DNA of 64,000 nt. Origin: Planctomycetota bacterium (lineage in GTDB: Bacteria > Planctomycetota > B15-G4 > SIAN01). Made by a program: the position numbers and the translations under genes. A model generated the notes under the pieces. That model did no database searches and was not told where the DNA came from. It saw nothing but the letters and a program-made list of their open reading frames with translations. Below, one piece after another: positions 20,925 to 31,098 of this stretch. The first letter of the stretch is position 1, and every line of letters begins with the position of its first letter. The DNA is taken from assembly GCA_031409275.1 (NCBI GenBank), contig JANNXA010000049.1, positions 32,001-96,000 on the forward strand, in the 5' to 3' direction.

Positions 20925-22957
20925 GCCGAAAGGACGCCTCCGTGACCTTGCAGAGCCACCGTTTCCCGATCGCCGCGCTGCTGCTCGGCGCGCTTGCGCT
21001 CGCGGCGCCCTCCTGTAGCCGCTCCTACGGCGTCAGCGGCAAGAAGCTCGTCGTGCTCGGCATCGACGGCATGGACCCGAACCTGCTGCGCGAGTACATG
21101 GACGCCGGCCTGCTGCCGAACTTCAAGGAGTTGGCCGACTCCGGCACCTTCCTGCCGCTTGGCACCAGCAACCCGCCGCAGTCGCCGGTCGCGTGGTCGA
21201 ACTTCATCACCGGGATGGATCCTGGCGGCCACGGCGTCTACGACTTCCTCCATCGCGATCCGCAGACCTACCTGCCCGTGAGTTCGACGCAGATCACCGA
21301 AGGCGAACCGACGACGTTCTCGCTGCCGGGCGACTATCAGCTCGAGCTGCCAGCCGACAGCCGCCCGGTTCGTCAGGGTGCCGCGTTCTGGGACCTGCTC
21401 GGCGAGGCGGGGATTCGCTGCGACGTCTATCGCATGCCCGCCGCCTATCCGATCCAGGCCAGCGATCAGCTGACGCTCTCCGACATGGGGACGCCCGACC
21501 TGCAAGGCGGCATCGACGGGATGTACGCCTACTACACCAGCGACGTCCCGGACAACTTCGACAAGGTGCACGGCGGGATCTGGAAGCAGGTGAAGCTGCA
21601 GAAGGGGCGCGCTGACGCGAAGCTCTACGGACCGCCGAGCCCCTTCAAGACGCCGCCCGAGGGCAAGCACGAGGTCGCGAAGTCGGAGCAGCCGTTCACG
21701 ATCTTCGTCGACCCGACCGAAGAGGTCGTCCACATCGCGATCGAGGGTGGCGACGCCTGCGTGCTCGAGAAGGGGCAGTGGAGCGACTGGCTGCGCTGCT
21801 CGTTCGACCTCGGCCTGAAGCAGTCGATGGGCGGCATGGTGAAGTTCTACGTGCAGCAGGTGCGCCCGAACCTGCGCCTCTACTGCTCGCCGGTGAACAT
21901 CGACCCGCGTGCGCCGTGCATGCCGATCTCGACGCCCGACGACGCCGCCGTGATCGACCTCGCCGCCTCGATCGGCCCGTTCTACACGCAGGGTCTTGCC
22001 GAGGAGACCAAGGCGCTGCAGGAAGGGACGATCGACGACCGCGAGTTCATCGAGCAGTGCAACGACATCCATCACGAGCGCATGCGCATGCTCGACCACG
22101 CGCTCGCGCATTTCGACGACGGGCTGCTCTTCTTCTATTTCTCCACCGTCGACCTGCGCAGTCACATGATGTGGCGCCACATCGCGGCCGGTCACCCGGC
22201 GCGCGACGAGAAGATCGCGGCGCAGTACGCCCGCTCGATCGAGGATTCCTACGTCCTCATGGACCAGGCGCTCGGTCACCTGCGCGAGAAGATCGGCGAG
22301 GCGACGCCGCTGATGGTCCTCTCCGACCACGGCTTCTCGCCCTTCACGCGCCGCGTCAACTTGAACAACTGGCTGCTGAAGGAGGGCTACCTCGTCCTCA
22401 CCGAGAAGGCGGCGCAGGACCCGAAGGGGGTCTACTCGCTCGCCGAGGGCGGCGGTGTCGACCGCTCGAAGTCGCGCGCCTATGCGGTCGGATTCAACGG
22501 CATCTACCTGAACCAGAAGGGGCGCGAGAAAGAGGGCGTTGTCGAACCGGCCGCGCGCGACGCGCTGCTGGCCGAGATCCGCGGCAAGCTGCTCGCGCTG
22601 CGCGACGAGTCGAAGGGTGGCGCCAAGGTGGTCTTCCGCGCCGATCTGCGCGACGAGATCTACCACGGTGATCAGCTCGACCACGCACCCGACCTCGTCG
22701 TCGGCTACGACCGCGGATTTGGCGCTTCCGACACCACGGCGCTTGGCCAGGTGCAGCCGCGCGACGCCTTCGTCGAGGACAACAAGGACCTCTGGAGCGG
22801 CAACCACTTGATGGCGCCCGATGTGGTGCCGGGCATCTTCCTCACCAACCGCAAGATCGATCCGAAGGACCCCTGCCTGTACGACCTCACGGTGACGATG
22901 CTCGCCTACTTCGGCGTCAGCAAACCCGCCGTGATGCGCGGCAAGAGCCTGTTCTGA
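20921..22957 (+). CDS. AlkP-superfamily (NPP-type) protein 3, probable lipoprotein
   Basis: Hydrophobic stretch ending 'LAAPSC', then 'LGIDGMD', 'NPPQSPVAWSNFITG', 'DLRSH', 'LSDHGF', 'WSGNH'. ATGA overlap with the previous gene. Confidence 0.92.
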
Positions 22958-23053
22958 ATCGAGCCGGATCGCCGCGCTCGCGACTCGTGACCTGAACCAA
23001 CCACGACCCAACGACCCGCGCCTGCGCTGCAGGCGCTTCCGACGGAGCAACCC

Positions 23054-23254
23054 ATGTTCGGTGGCAACAAGGTCAAGCTCGAGAAGGATGTCTTCGAGAA
23101 GCTGAAGAAGTTCGCGGCCGCGGCCGGCTACAGCTCGCTCGACGAGTTCGTGAACCACATCCTCGAGCGCGAGCTGCAGTCGATGGACACTGGCGGCAGC
23201 GAGGACCCCGAGGCGATGCGCGAGAAGCTGCGCGGCCTCGGCTACATCTCCTGA
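23054..23254 (+). CDS. Second small RHH-like protein with LRGLGYIS tail
   Basis: 'KVKLEKDVFEKLKKFAAAAGYSSLDEFVNHILE' resembles the 16117 protein. GGAG RBS upstream. Confidence 0.85.
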   Translation: MFGGNKVKLEKDVFEKLKKFAAAAGYSSLDEFVNHILERELQSMDTGGSEDPEAMREKLRGLGYIS

Positions 23255-23346
23255 TCGCAGCCACCACGACGAACGCATGAGGCGCCCGCCGCCTGCCCCC
23301 GACTCCGGGGTGCGGGACGGCGCGGCGTGCGGAGCACGGAGCGAAG

Positions 23347-24192
23347 ATGGATGCGGTGAATCGCGCGATGAAGTCGACGTTCGACGTCCTGTGGACGCCG
23401 TTCGCTTCGGCCCCGTTGTGGGTCGGAGTGCTGGTGCTTGGCGTCGCCTTCGGCGTCCTCGCGCTGATCGCGATGAAGTACACGACCAATCCCAAGCGCG
23501 TCAGCCACTACAAGGACCGCTACCAGGGGCACATCCTCGCCATCAAGCTGTTCCGCGACAGCTTCTCGGTGGTGATCAGTTCGCTCGGGCGGACGCTGGC
23601 CTGGGTCGGCGCCTACCTCACCGAGCAGTTCAAGCCGATGCTGGTGATGCTCATCCCGTTCATGCTGCTCTTCGCGCAGATGCAGATGCGGCTTGGCTAT
23701 CGGCCGCTCGACGTCGGTGCGCCGGTGCTGTTGACGGTCGACCTCGCTCCCGGCCAGTCGGTCGAGGCGATGGCGCTGTCGCTGCAGATGCCGGAAGGTC
23801 TCGAGTCACGCACGAAGATGGTGCGCGAGCCCGGCGAGAACCGCGTCGTGATGTCGATCGCCGCGAAGTCCGCCGGCGCCCACGTGCTCAAGCTGACCTG
23901 CGCGGGCGAGACGGTCGAGAAGACGATCCACGCGGGCGCGCTCGCGGGCGCGCCGATGGTCTTCCCGGTGCGCTCGAACGACTTCGTCGACCAGCTGCTC
24001 TATCCGGGGGAGGACTCCTTCGGCGCGACCTCGCACTTCCGCCGCATCTCGCTCGCCTATCCGGTGCGCCCGATCGACTGCTTCGGCTTCGACTTGAGCT
24101 TCGGCAGCGAGATCGGCATGGCGATGACGTTCGTCCTCATCACGATCGTCGCGGCCTTCGGGTTGAAGGGCGTCTTCGGCGTCACCATCTGA
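23347..24192 (+). CDS. Membrane protein, DUF106/EMC3/TMCO1 (Oxa1 superfamily)-like, with inserted soluble beta domain
   Basis: TM1, a charged helical hairpin, 'QFKPMLVMLIPFMLLF' (TM2), a beta-rich domain and a C-terminal TM. The family call rests on remembered motif resemblance only. Confidence 0.55.
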   Translation: MDAVNRAMKSTFDVLWTPFASAPLWVGVLVLGVAFGVLALIAMKYTTNPKRVSHYKDRYQGHILAIKLFRDSFSVVISSLGRTLAWVGAYLTEQFKPMLVMLIPFMLLFAQMQMRLGYRPLDVGAPVLLTVDLAPGQSVEAMALSLQMPEGLESRTKMVREPGENRVVMSIAAKSAGAHVLKLTCAGETVEKTIHAGALAGAPMVFPVRSNDFVDQLLYPGEDSFGATSHFRRISLAYPVRPIDCFGFDLSFGSEIGMAMTFVLITIVAAFGLKGVFGVTI

Positions 24193-24215
24193 CGCCCCCG
24201 CCGTCGACGCCACCG

Positions 24216-24779
24216 ATGCCCCGTTCCGAGCAGAGCTACGACCCGCAGGTCGAACGCGCGATCGCCCTGGCGCTGCGCGCGCATGCGGGGCAGGAGCGCA
24301 AGGGGCAGGTCGGCGTTCCCTACGTCGTCCACCCGCTGCACGTCGGGATGCTCCTGGCACGCCACGGCTTCGAACCCGAGGTGGTGGCGGCGGGCATCCT
24401 CCACGACGTGGTGGAGGACTGCGACATCGGGCTTCCCGAGCTCGCGCTGCGTTTCACGCCGCGGGTCGTCGCGCTGGTGGCCGAGGTGAGCGAGTCGAAA
24501 GAGAAGAGCTGGGAGCAGAGGAAGCAGCACACGATCGACGCGATCCCCGGAATGAGCGATGGGGCGCGCGCCGTGACGGCGGCCGACAAGGTGCACAACC
24601 TCGCCGACCTCGAGCGACTGCTCGGCGAGCGCGGCGAAGAGGTGTGGAAGCTCTTCCGGCGCGGGCGCGGCCCGACGCTCGACTACTACGAGCGGGTCCA
24701 CGCGCAGCTGGCTCGCCACTTCGCCCACGCGCTCACCGACGAGCTTCGGCTGCGCTTCGACGCCGTCGCGCAGCGCTGA
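24216..24779 (+). CDS. Stand-alone HD-domain (p)ppGpp hydrolase-like protein (Mesh1/SAH type)
   Basis: 'AHAGQERKG...PYVVHP', 'GILHDVVED', 'ADKVHN'. Confidence 0.85.
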   Translation: MPRSEQSYDPQVERAIALALRAHAGQERKGQVGVPYVVHPLHVGMLLARHGFEPEVVAAGILHDVVEDCDIGLPELALRFTPRVVALVAEVSESKEKSWEQRKQHTIDAIPGMSDGARAVTAADKVHNLADLERLLGERGEEVWKLFRRGRGPTLDYYERVHAQLARHFAHALTDELRLRFDAVAQR

Positions 24780-24806
24780 CCGAGCGCACGGCCGGAGCGA
24801 AAGAAC

Positions 24807-24841
24807 GCGACCCCGGCACGCGCGAGGCGGGCCGGGGTCGC
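24807..24841 (-). terminator. Putative intrinsic terminator of the ferredoxin gene
   Basis: Stem GCGACCCCGGC/GCCGGGGTCGC, followed on the minus strand by GTTCTTT. It lies between convergent genes. Confidence 0.55.
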
Positions 24842-24870
24842 TTCGAAGTCACGAACTGCGGGGCGGTCGA

Positions 24871-25170
24871 TCAACCGCCGGCGAGGCCCGCGTCCCAGCT
24901 CGGGCCGTGGGTCACCTGGTCCTTCTTGGTGCGCTTCTTGTCCTCGGGGAACGGTCCTGCCGCGTTCAGCGCGGTGTACTCCGCGTCGGCGCGATCGCCC
25001 GACGTGATCGCCTGCGGCGGGCAGACCGGTTCGCACGCGCTGCAATCGATGCAGGTGTTCGGGTCGATGATCAGGAGCGTCTCGGTCTCGAAGAAGCACT
25101 CGACGGGGCACACCTCGACGCAGTCCCCGTACTTGCAAAGAACGCACGGCTTGCCGACGACATAGGCCAC
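24871..25170 (-). CDS. fdxA: 7Fe-type ferredoxin (FdxA family)
   Basis: GTG start with GAGGAG RBS. 'YVVGKPCVLCKYGDCVEVCPVECF...IDPNTCIDCSACEPVCP'. Confidence 0.9.
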   Translation of the reverse strand: MAYVVGKPCVLCKYGDCVEVCPVECFFETETLLIIDPNTCIDCSACEPVCPPQAITSGDRADAEYTALNAAGPFPEDKKRTKKDQVTHGPSWDAGLAGG

Positions 25171-25271
25171 GGACGTTTCTCCTCGGCTTTGGGGATTCGG
25201 CGCCCGCGTGAGCGGCGGCGCGATGAACGAAGGTCGGCGGATGATACTGACGAGCTGAAGCGACTTAAAGC

Positions 25272-26297
25272 TCACCAGACGTCGCTGTCGCCGATCGTGT
25301 AGTAGCACTGATCCAGCGCCTCCTCGCGGGTCGGCCGCTCGACGAAGAGGTTCATGCAGAGGACATAGAGCCCCGGTTCGGTACGGAATCCAGCGGCGAG
25401 CGCGTGGGCGAACGTTGGATGGCGCTCCGGCAGCCATGCCTCGATGCGCGCATGTTCGGTGGCTCGGGCGATCTGCGTGGCGGTCCGCAGCGCCAGCGCG
25501 AGGCCTGCCGCGTCATCGGGGGCGCCAAACCAGTCGGTCAGCGCGAGGATCGGCAGCTTCTGCCAGCGAGGCCGCAGCACGAACCACGCGCGCAGCTCAC
25601 CGCTGCCCTTCTCGCGCACCAGGAACCGACGGTAGGGGAGCCACGGACAGCGGTCGTAGCGCCAGGCGAGGTAGGCGTGGTCGCGGACGTGCGCCAGCGG
25701 GTAGCGCGGCGCGAGCCGCTGCCAGAGCCGGTCGACTTCCGCCGGGAAGCGCTCGACCTCGACGACGTCCGCGGAGCCGACATGGTCGCGACCGACCTGC
25801 TCGTCGTCGCCGTCCTGGAAGAAGTTGCGGAAGAGCACCGGCACCGGCGCGATGAAGGGGTTGTACTTCAGCAGGCGCCGGCCGATCGGATAGACGCGGC
25901 GGTTCGGGAATCCGTAGTGCACCGCGCATTCGGGGAGCTGCTCGTAGCCGGCGAAGAAGGCCTTCGCGGTGCGCAGGAAGATCCCCTCCTTCTGCAGGCC
26001 GCGGCGCCAGTCGGGGTGCACCATCGAGTCGACCATCTGCGCCGACACGTGCACCTGCGACCCGATCTGGATGCGGGCCGGGAGCCCGCCGTAGTGCGAG
26101 ATGATCCGCCCGCCCGGCTCGACGCCGACCATGATGCGGCGACCCATCGGGTTCTCGTCCCACAGCCAGCGCCACTGCGCCAGCGTGCGCTGCTCGAAGG
26201 CGGGATCGCCCTCGCCGAAGACGACGTTGAAGAGCTCGACGAGCCCTTCTTCGTCGCCAGGCCGGTAGGGGCGCACCTCGCAGCTGGTTTCGCTCAT
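25272..26297 (-). CDS. GNAT-family N-acetyltransferase
   Basis: 'VRPYRPGDEEGL', 'DSMVHPDWRRG', 'YGFPN', C-terminal 'GDSDVW'. Confidence 0.8.
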   Translation of the reverse strand: MSETSCEVRPYRPGDEEGLVELFNVVFGEGDPAFEQRTLAQWRWLWDENPMGRRIMVGVEPGGRIISHYGGLPARIQIGSQVHVSAQMVDSMVHPDWRRGLQKEGIFLRTAKAFFAGYEQLPECAVHYGFPNRRVYPIGRRLLKYNPFIAPVPVLFRNFFQDGDDEQVGRDHVGSADVVEVERFPAEVDRLWQRLAPRYPLAHVRDHAYLAWRYDRCPWLPYRRFLVREKGSGELRAWFVLRPRWQKLPILALTDWFGAPDDAAGLALALRTATQIARATEHARIEAWLPERHPTFAHALAAGFRTEPGLYVLCMNLFVERPTREEALDQCYYTIGDSDVW

Positions 26298-26335
26298 GGA
26301 CGCGGCTTCCTCGATGCCGCACCATATCGGCCGTC

Positions 26336-28042
26336 ATGGACGCCCCGCTGCTGCCTCTGTTGCGCGAACGCTTCGGACTGACCGCCTTCCGCGGCAGCCA
26401 GGAGCGCGTCGTGCGTCATCTGCTGGCGGGCGGCGACGCGCTGGTGGCGTGGCCGACCGGCAGCGGCAAGTCGCTGGTCTACCAGCTGCCCGCGCTGCTC
26501 CTCTCGGCGCCGACCGTGGTCCTCTCGCCGCTGATCGCGCTGATGGAGGACCAGGTGGCGGCGTTGCGTGCGCGTGGCATCGCGGCCACCTTCATCAACT
26601 CGACGCTCGACCGCCCCGAGCGCGAGCGCCGCGCCGCGGCCTTCGCGGCCGGCCGCCATCCGCTGCTCTACGTCACGCCGGAGCGCTTCCGCGACCCGAC
26701 CTTCCTGGCCGCGGTGGCCGCGCGCCCGCCCGGCCTGCTCGCCGTCGACGAAGCGCATTGCATCAGCACCTGGGGCCACGACTTCCGCCCCGAGTATGGA
26801 CGCGTCGGTCGCTTGCGTGCGCTGCTTGGCCAGCCACCGACCGTCGCGCTCACCGCCACGGCGACGCCCGCCGTGCTGGCCGAGATCGAGCAGCGACTCG
26901 AGCTGCGCGCGCCGCTGATCGAGCGTTCAGGGCTCGAGCGCGAGAACCTCTTCCTGGCGGCGAGCGAGCCCGCCGACGAGGTGCAGAAGTGGTTGCGGGT
27001 GGCGCAGCTCCTCGCGCGCATCGGCGGCGCCGGAATCGTCTATGGCGCGCTGATCCGCGACCTCCACCGGCTCGAGGACGAGCTGGCGCGCGGCGGTCAG
27101 CGCTTGCTGATCTATCACGGCGACCTGTCGCGCGAAGAGCGGCGCGCGATGCATCGCCGCTTCCAGGCGCCGGGCGATGCGCGCGTGCTGGCGACCCGCG
27201 CCTTCGGCATGGGGATCGACAAGCCCGACCTGCGTCTGCTGCTGCACCATCAGCTGCCCGGCTCGATCGAGGAGCTGTGGCAGGAGATCGGGCGCGCGGG
27301 CCGCGACGGCAAACCCTCCTACTGCGAGCTGCTCTACTCCTCCGACGACCTCGCGATCCAGATGCAGTTCGTGCGCGCCGCCAATCCCGACCGCCGCCTT
27401 TTCCGCGAGGTGGTGCAGCGCCTCTCCGAATGGAGCGCGCGCGGAGAGGCGTTCGATCGCGAGTCGCTGCGCCTCGCCGTGACCGGCAAGTCGGCGGCGG
27501 ATGGTCGCGTCGACACCTGCGTCGCCTGGCTGGTCGCGCTCGGCGCGCTGGAAGGGGACCTCGATCGCGGCCGCGCGCGCCTGGTGCGTGCGCTCGATCC
27601 CGACGACGAGCCGGCGGAGCTCGGGGCCGACAAGCAGAAGCGCGATCTCGAGCGGCTCGCCAAGGTGGTGGAGTACGTGCGCACGCGCGCCTGCCGGCGC
27701 CTCTACCTGCACGACTACTTCGGGCTACCCGCACCGCCGGCCCATTGCGACGCATGCGACGTCTGCGTCGATCGGGACGAGTGGATCGAGGCGAACCTCG
27801 CCCGACCGGTGGCCGCCACCACGAGCGCCACGGCCGCCGCGGCGCCGCTCGACGGCGCACCGCCGGTGCGCGAGCTGCCCGCACGCGGCGACTTCGTGCG
27901 CGTCGATGGCCAGTGGATCGGTCGCGTCGTGCGGGTGAGCGGTCGCGGCCGCGATGCGCAGGTCGAAGTCGAGCTGGCGACTACGCTCGAGACGCGCCGC
28001 TTCCCGGTTCGCCGCCATCGCATCGAACGGCTCGACGCTTGA
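26336..28042 (+). CDS. recQ: RecQ-family ATP-dependent DNA helicase
   Basis: 'PTGSGKSLVYQLP', 'VDEAHCISTWGHDFRP', 'ALTATAT', 'AFGMGIDKPD', 'QEIGRAGRDG', Zn module 'CRR...CDACDVC'. Confidence 0.93.
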   Translation: MDAPLLPLLRERFGLTAFRGSQERVVRHLLAGGDALVAWPTGSGKSLVYQLPALLLSAPTVVLSPLIALMEDQVAALRARGIAATFINSTLDRPERERRAAAFAAGRHPLLYVTPERFRDPTFLAAVAARPPGLLAVDEAHCISTWGHDFRPEYGRVGRLRALLGQPPTVALTATATPAVLAEIEQRLELRAPLIERSGLERENLFLAASEPADEVQKWLRVAQLLARIGGAGIVYGALIRDLHRLEDELARGGQRLLIYHGDLSREERRAMHRRFQAPGDARVLATRAFGMGIDKPDLRLLLHHQLPGSIEELWQEIGRAGRDGKPSYCELLYSSDDLAIQMQFVRAANPDRRLFREVVQRLSEWSARGEAFDRESLRLAVTGKSAADGRVDTCVAWLVALGALEGDLDRGRARLVRALDPDDEPAELGADKQKRDLERLAKVVEYVRTRACRRLYLHDYFGLPAPPAHCDACDVCVDRDEWIEANLARPVAATTSATAAAAPLDGAPPVRELPARGDFVRVDGQWIGRVVRVSGRGRDAQVEVELATTLETRRFPVRRHRIERLDA

Positions 28043-28046
28043 ACCG

Positions 28047-29273
28047 CTACTGCGATGCCGGCTCGACCAGCGCCGCATGGGCGCGCCCGAGCGCGAGCGC
28101 GGCGAACGCGGTCGCGTACGGCTTCGTGTAGTCGGAGAAGTAGTAGTCCCAGCAGGCGCCGTCGTCGCCCTGCGTCTTCAGGACCTCGAACGCGAGCTTG
28201 CCGGCGGTGTCGCGCCGCAGCGCCGGCGGCAGTTCGGGAAGCAGCTCCCCCAGGTAGCAGTGGCCGAAGAAATAGAAGTAGCCCGAGTTCAAGTGATAGG
28301 CCTCGTGCGGGGTCGGTCGCATGCGCGCGCAGTCGAGGTAGGCGTGATGGCGGAAGAAGAGGTCGACGCCGCGTGCCAGCGTCGTCGCATTGGCCGGCAT
28401 GCCGCCGCGACGCAACGCCAGCTCGCAGACCGGAATGCGGCAAAGCGAGCCGCGCGGATCGTTGATCCCCTCGGGACCGTCGGGTTCCGGCAGGGCCATC
28501 ACGTCGTAGGTGAAGGCTCCGCTCGGCAACCGGCAACGTGCCACGGCACGCACCGCGCCCGCGTAGCGGTGGTCATCGAAGGCATGTCCCGCCGCGCGCG
28601 CCGCGTCGATCGCCAGCACCATCGCCGCGGTCGTGAAGGAGGTCGACCACTGCGGCCGCCACGCGTCGATCTGATCGGCGTAGTAGGCGTAGCCGCCATT
28701 GGGCGATTGATAGGCGGCGATGCGCTCCAGCAGGCGGTCGAGCGCCGCGTCGATTGGCGCGCGACGGGATCCCTCGGCAAACCAAGGATGGAGCACCGCC
28801 ACCGCCAGCGCGTGCGTCCCGTAGAGCATTCCCCACACCTGGTCGGTGTCCCAGTCGTCGCAGCGGCGCAGGTCGTGATTCGCCACCAGGTAATCGACCG
28901 CGCGTTCGACCTGCGTCCTGCATGCAGCATCGTTGCCGCCGTGGCGCAGCAGCGCCATGACCGCCAACCCGGTCGTCGCCACCGTCCAGCCGCGATGCGC
29001 TTCGAAGTTCGCCCACGTCTCGTGCGCGAACATGTTGCCGCTGCCGCCGAATGCGCCGCTCTCCTTCTGCGCACCGCGCAGGTAGGCGATCGCGCGCTCG
29101 AGTCCCGCGGCGACCGCGTCGGCGCTCGGTGCGGCGCTGCGGATCGCGAGCGGCGGCACCGCTCGACCGCGCGCGACTTCTCGAGTGGCCGTGGGCCCGG
29201 CCGGCGACTGCGCGCCTGCCTGGTTCGCCGCGCACGCGGCCAGCAACGCGAGCGCGCAGCCGCGCCGAATCAC
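28047..29273 (-). CDS. Secreted prenyltransferase/squalene-oxidase-repeat (alpha/alpha barrel) protein
   Basis: GTG start overlapping the upstream stop. QW-like repeats 'AIAYLRGAQKESGAF', 'AYQSPNGGYAY', 'KTQGDDGACW'. Confidence 0.75.
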   Translation of the reverse strand: MIRRGCALALLAACAANQAGAQSPAGPTATREVARGRAVPPLAIRSAAPSADAVAAGLERAIAYLRGAQKESGAFGGSGNMFAHETWANFEAHRGWTVATTGLAVMALLRHGGNDAACRTQVERAVDYLVANHDLRRCDDWDTDQVWGMLYGTHALAVAVLHPWFAEGSRRAPIDAALDRLLERIAAYQSPNGGYAYYADQIDAWRPQWSTSFTTAAMVLAIDAARAAGHAFDDHRYAGAVRAVARCRLPSGAFTYDVMALPEPDGPEGINDPRGSLCRIPVCELALRRGGMPANATTLARGVDLFFRHHAYLDCARMRPTPHEAYHLNSGYFYFFGHCYLGELLPELPPALRRDTAGKLAFEVLKTQGDDGACWDYYFSDYTKPYATAFAALALGRAHAALVEPASQ

Positions 29274-29959
29274 GATTCGTCCGTGGCGGCTTCGGCCAGC
29301 GCTTCCTGCGCGTCGAGCAGCGCGTGCTCCGCCTGCAGCCGCTCGATCTGCTTGGCGTTCCATTCGACGCGCGCGTCGCGGCGAGCGGTGGCGAGCGCCC
29401 GCTCCTTCTCGGCGACTGTCGCGGCGAGCGCCTCGTTCTCGGCCGGCTGCTCCGCTTCGACCAGCAGCGCGAGGGCGCGGCGGGCGATGTCGAGTTCGGC
29501 GCGTGCCTGCGCGAGGCGGCGTTCGCTGCGCGCGATCACCATCTCGCGCGTCTGGTCGGCGAGGTCCTGTTCGGCGTACATGAGCTTCAGCTGACTGAGT
29601 TCCTCTTCGACCTCGTGCACCTGCGTCTCCTGGCCGCGCAACTCGAGTTCCGCCGTCGAGCGCGCAAGCGGCGCGGCGCGGTCGACGTGGATCGACAGGG
29701 CGCGAGTCGCGGCCGCCAGTTCGGTCTCGGCCGCGGCGATCTCCGCAGCGCTCGCCTCTTGCGCCGCTCGGTTCGCGAGTTCGACCTGCGCGAGTTGTTG
29801 CTTCGCGAGCTCGACCGCGCGCGCGAGAGCCGCGTGGCCCGACTCCGCTTTCGTCTCGGTTCCGGTGTCCTCCTCCGCCCGGTCTGGAATCGTCGGCGAG
29901 GCGCATCCCGCGAGGGCGCAAATCAAGACGAGGGCGGTGGATCGGCAGGGGCGATGCAT
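29270..29959 (-). CDS. Coiled-coil lipoprotein (HlyD-hairpin-like)
   Basis: Lipobox 'LAGC', long Ala/Glu/Leu heptads, GAGG RBS. Confidence 0.7.
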   Translation of the reverse strand: MHRPCRSTALVLICALAGCASPTIPDRAEEDTGTETKAESGHAALARAVELAKQQLAQVELANRAAQEASAAEIAAAETELAAATRALSIHVDRAAPLARSTAELELRGQETQVHEVEEELSQLKLMYAEQDLADQTREMVIARSERRLAQARAELDIARRALALLVEAEQPAENEALAATVAEKERALATARRDARVEWNAKQIERLQAEHALLDAQEALAEAATDES

Positions 29960-30270
29960 GAGGACCTCTCGTGGGGTGAAGCTGCGGCGAGTCGAGCCGT
30001 CGAACCGATGCGGGAGCGTAACCGCTGCAAGTCGTCGATGAGCTCGACCGCCTGGGCTGCGGCTTGTCCGATCAACTGCCCGAGCTCGGGATCGCCCTGG
30101 CGGTCCCGCAGTCGTGCGAGAGTCGCGTGCGCAAGGCGAAGCGCGCGGTCGACCTCTGCGGGCCGGAGCGCGCGCCGGCAGCCGGGATGGGTGGTGATCC
30201 CCTGGCGCGCGCGCCGCGCGCCGAGCGGCTTGGCGCAGATCGAGCAGTGGGAGGCATCGGGGAGCCGCAT
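29923..30270 (-). CDS. Hypothetical protein with CxxC...HxxC putative Zn site
   Basis: 'HCSICAKPL...THPGC' followed by a helical region. It fills the gap between co-oriented genes but overlaps the next gene by 37 bp. Confidence 0.4.
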   Translation of the reverse strand: MRLPDASHCSICAKPLGARRARQGITTHPGCRRALRPAEVDRALRLAHATLARLRDRQGDPELGQLIGQAAAQAVELIDDLQRLRSRIGSTARLAAASPHERSSCIAPADPPPSS

Positions 30271-30284
30271 CGTCTGCGCCGCGG

Positions 30285-30851
30285 TCAGGAAGCCAGCATC
30301 GGTGCCGCGACCGCCGCTGCCTTTTCCGCGCCGCACAACGCCTTCACGACGGCGAGCGCGAACTCGAGCGCGGTGCCGGGGCCGCGACTCGTCAGCACGC
30401 GGCCGTCGTGGACCACTCGCTCCTCGCGGTAGCGCGCGCGCGGCAACTCCTGCTGCACGGCCGGGTGGCTCGTGTAGGTGGCGTCGTGCAGTACTCCCGC
30501 GGCGAGCAGCGCGACGGGGGCGGCGCAGATCGCCGCGAGCAGGCAGCTGGCCGCATCGCCCTCTCGCAGCAGTCGCTGCGCGTCGCCATCGCTCGCCAGC
30601 GTTCGCGCGTTGCGCATGCCGCCCGGCAGCACCAGGGCGGCGAAGTCGCCACCACGCAGGCCGGCGAGCTTGCCGTCGCTCTCGATGCGCAGGTCGTGGG
30701 CACCGGTCAGCGTGGTGCCGCCGGGGCTCGCCAGCAGGACGGCAAGGCCGGCGCGTCGCAACACGTCGACGACGGTCACCATCTCGATCTCTTCGAAACC
30801 GTCGGCGCAAAGGACGAGGACGCGCGGCGCGGTGGGAGCGGGCGAGTTCAT
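30285..30851 (-). CDS. DJ-1/YajL/ThiJ family protein
   Basis: 'ADGFEEIE...VDVLRRAG', 'LPGG', 'AAICAAP', 'TSRGPGTA'. Confidence 0.92.
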   Translation of the reverse strand: MNSPAPTAPRVLVLCADGFEEIEMVTVVDVLRRAGLAVLLASPGGTTLTGAHDLRIESDGKLAGLRGGDFAALVLPGGMRNARTLASDGDAQRLLREGDAASCLLAAICAAPVALLAAGVLHDATYTSHPAVQQELPRARYREERVVHDGRVLTSRGPGTALEFALAVVKALCGAEKAAAVAAPMLAS

Positions 30852-31098
30852 GGTGGCGCTTCATACTGCGCTGCGGGCAGCGCGTGCAACGCGCGCGAGC
30901 GAGTCGTGGACAACTTGCGCGCAAGATCGCTGCGTCGCGCGCGCATCAGCGCCGCGTCGGCAACTGCCCTCTTTCCCTCGCCGAACGCGTCGCTAAGACA
31001 CCGCGCCGCTGCACGCGGACCGAGCCGCGCCCGATGGCGGTCGCGCCTCGGTCCGCGCCGCAGCGACCTGTTCTGCCACCCCCTTCGCGGGCTGCTCC

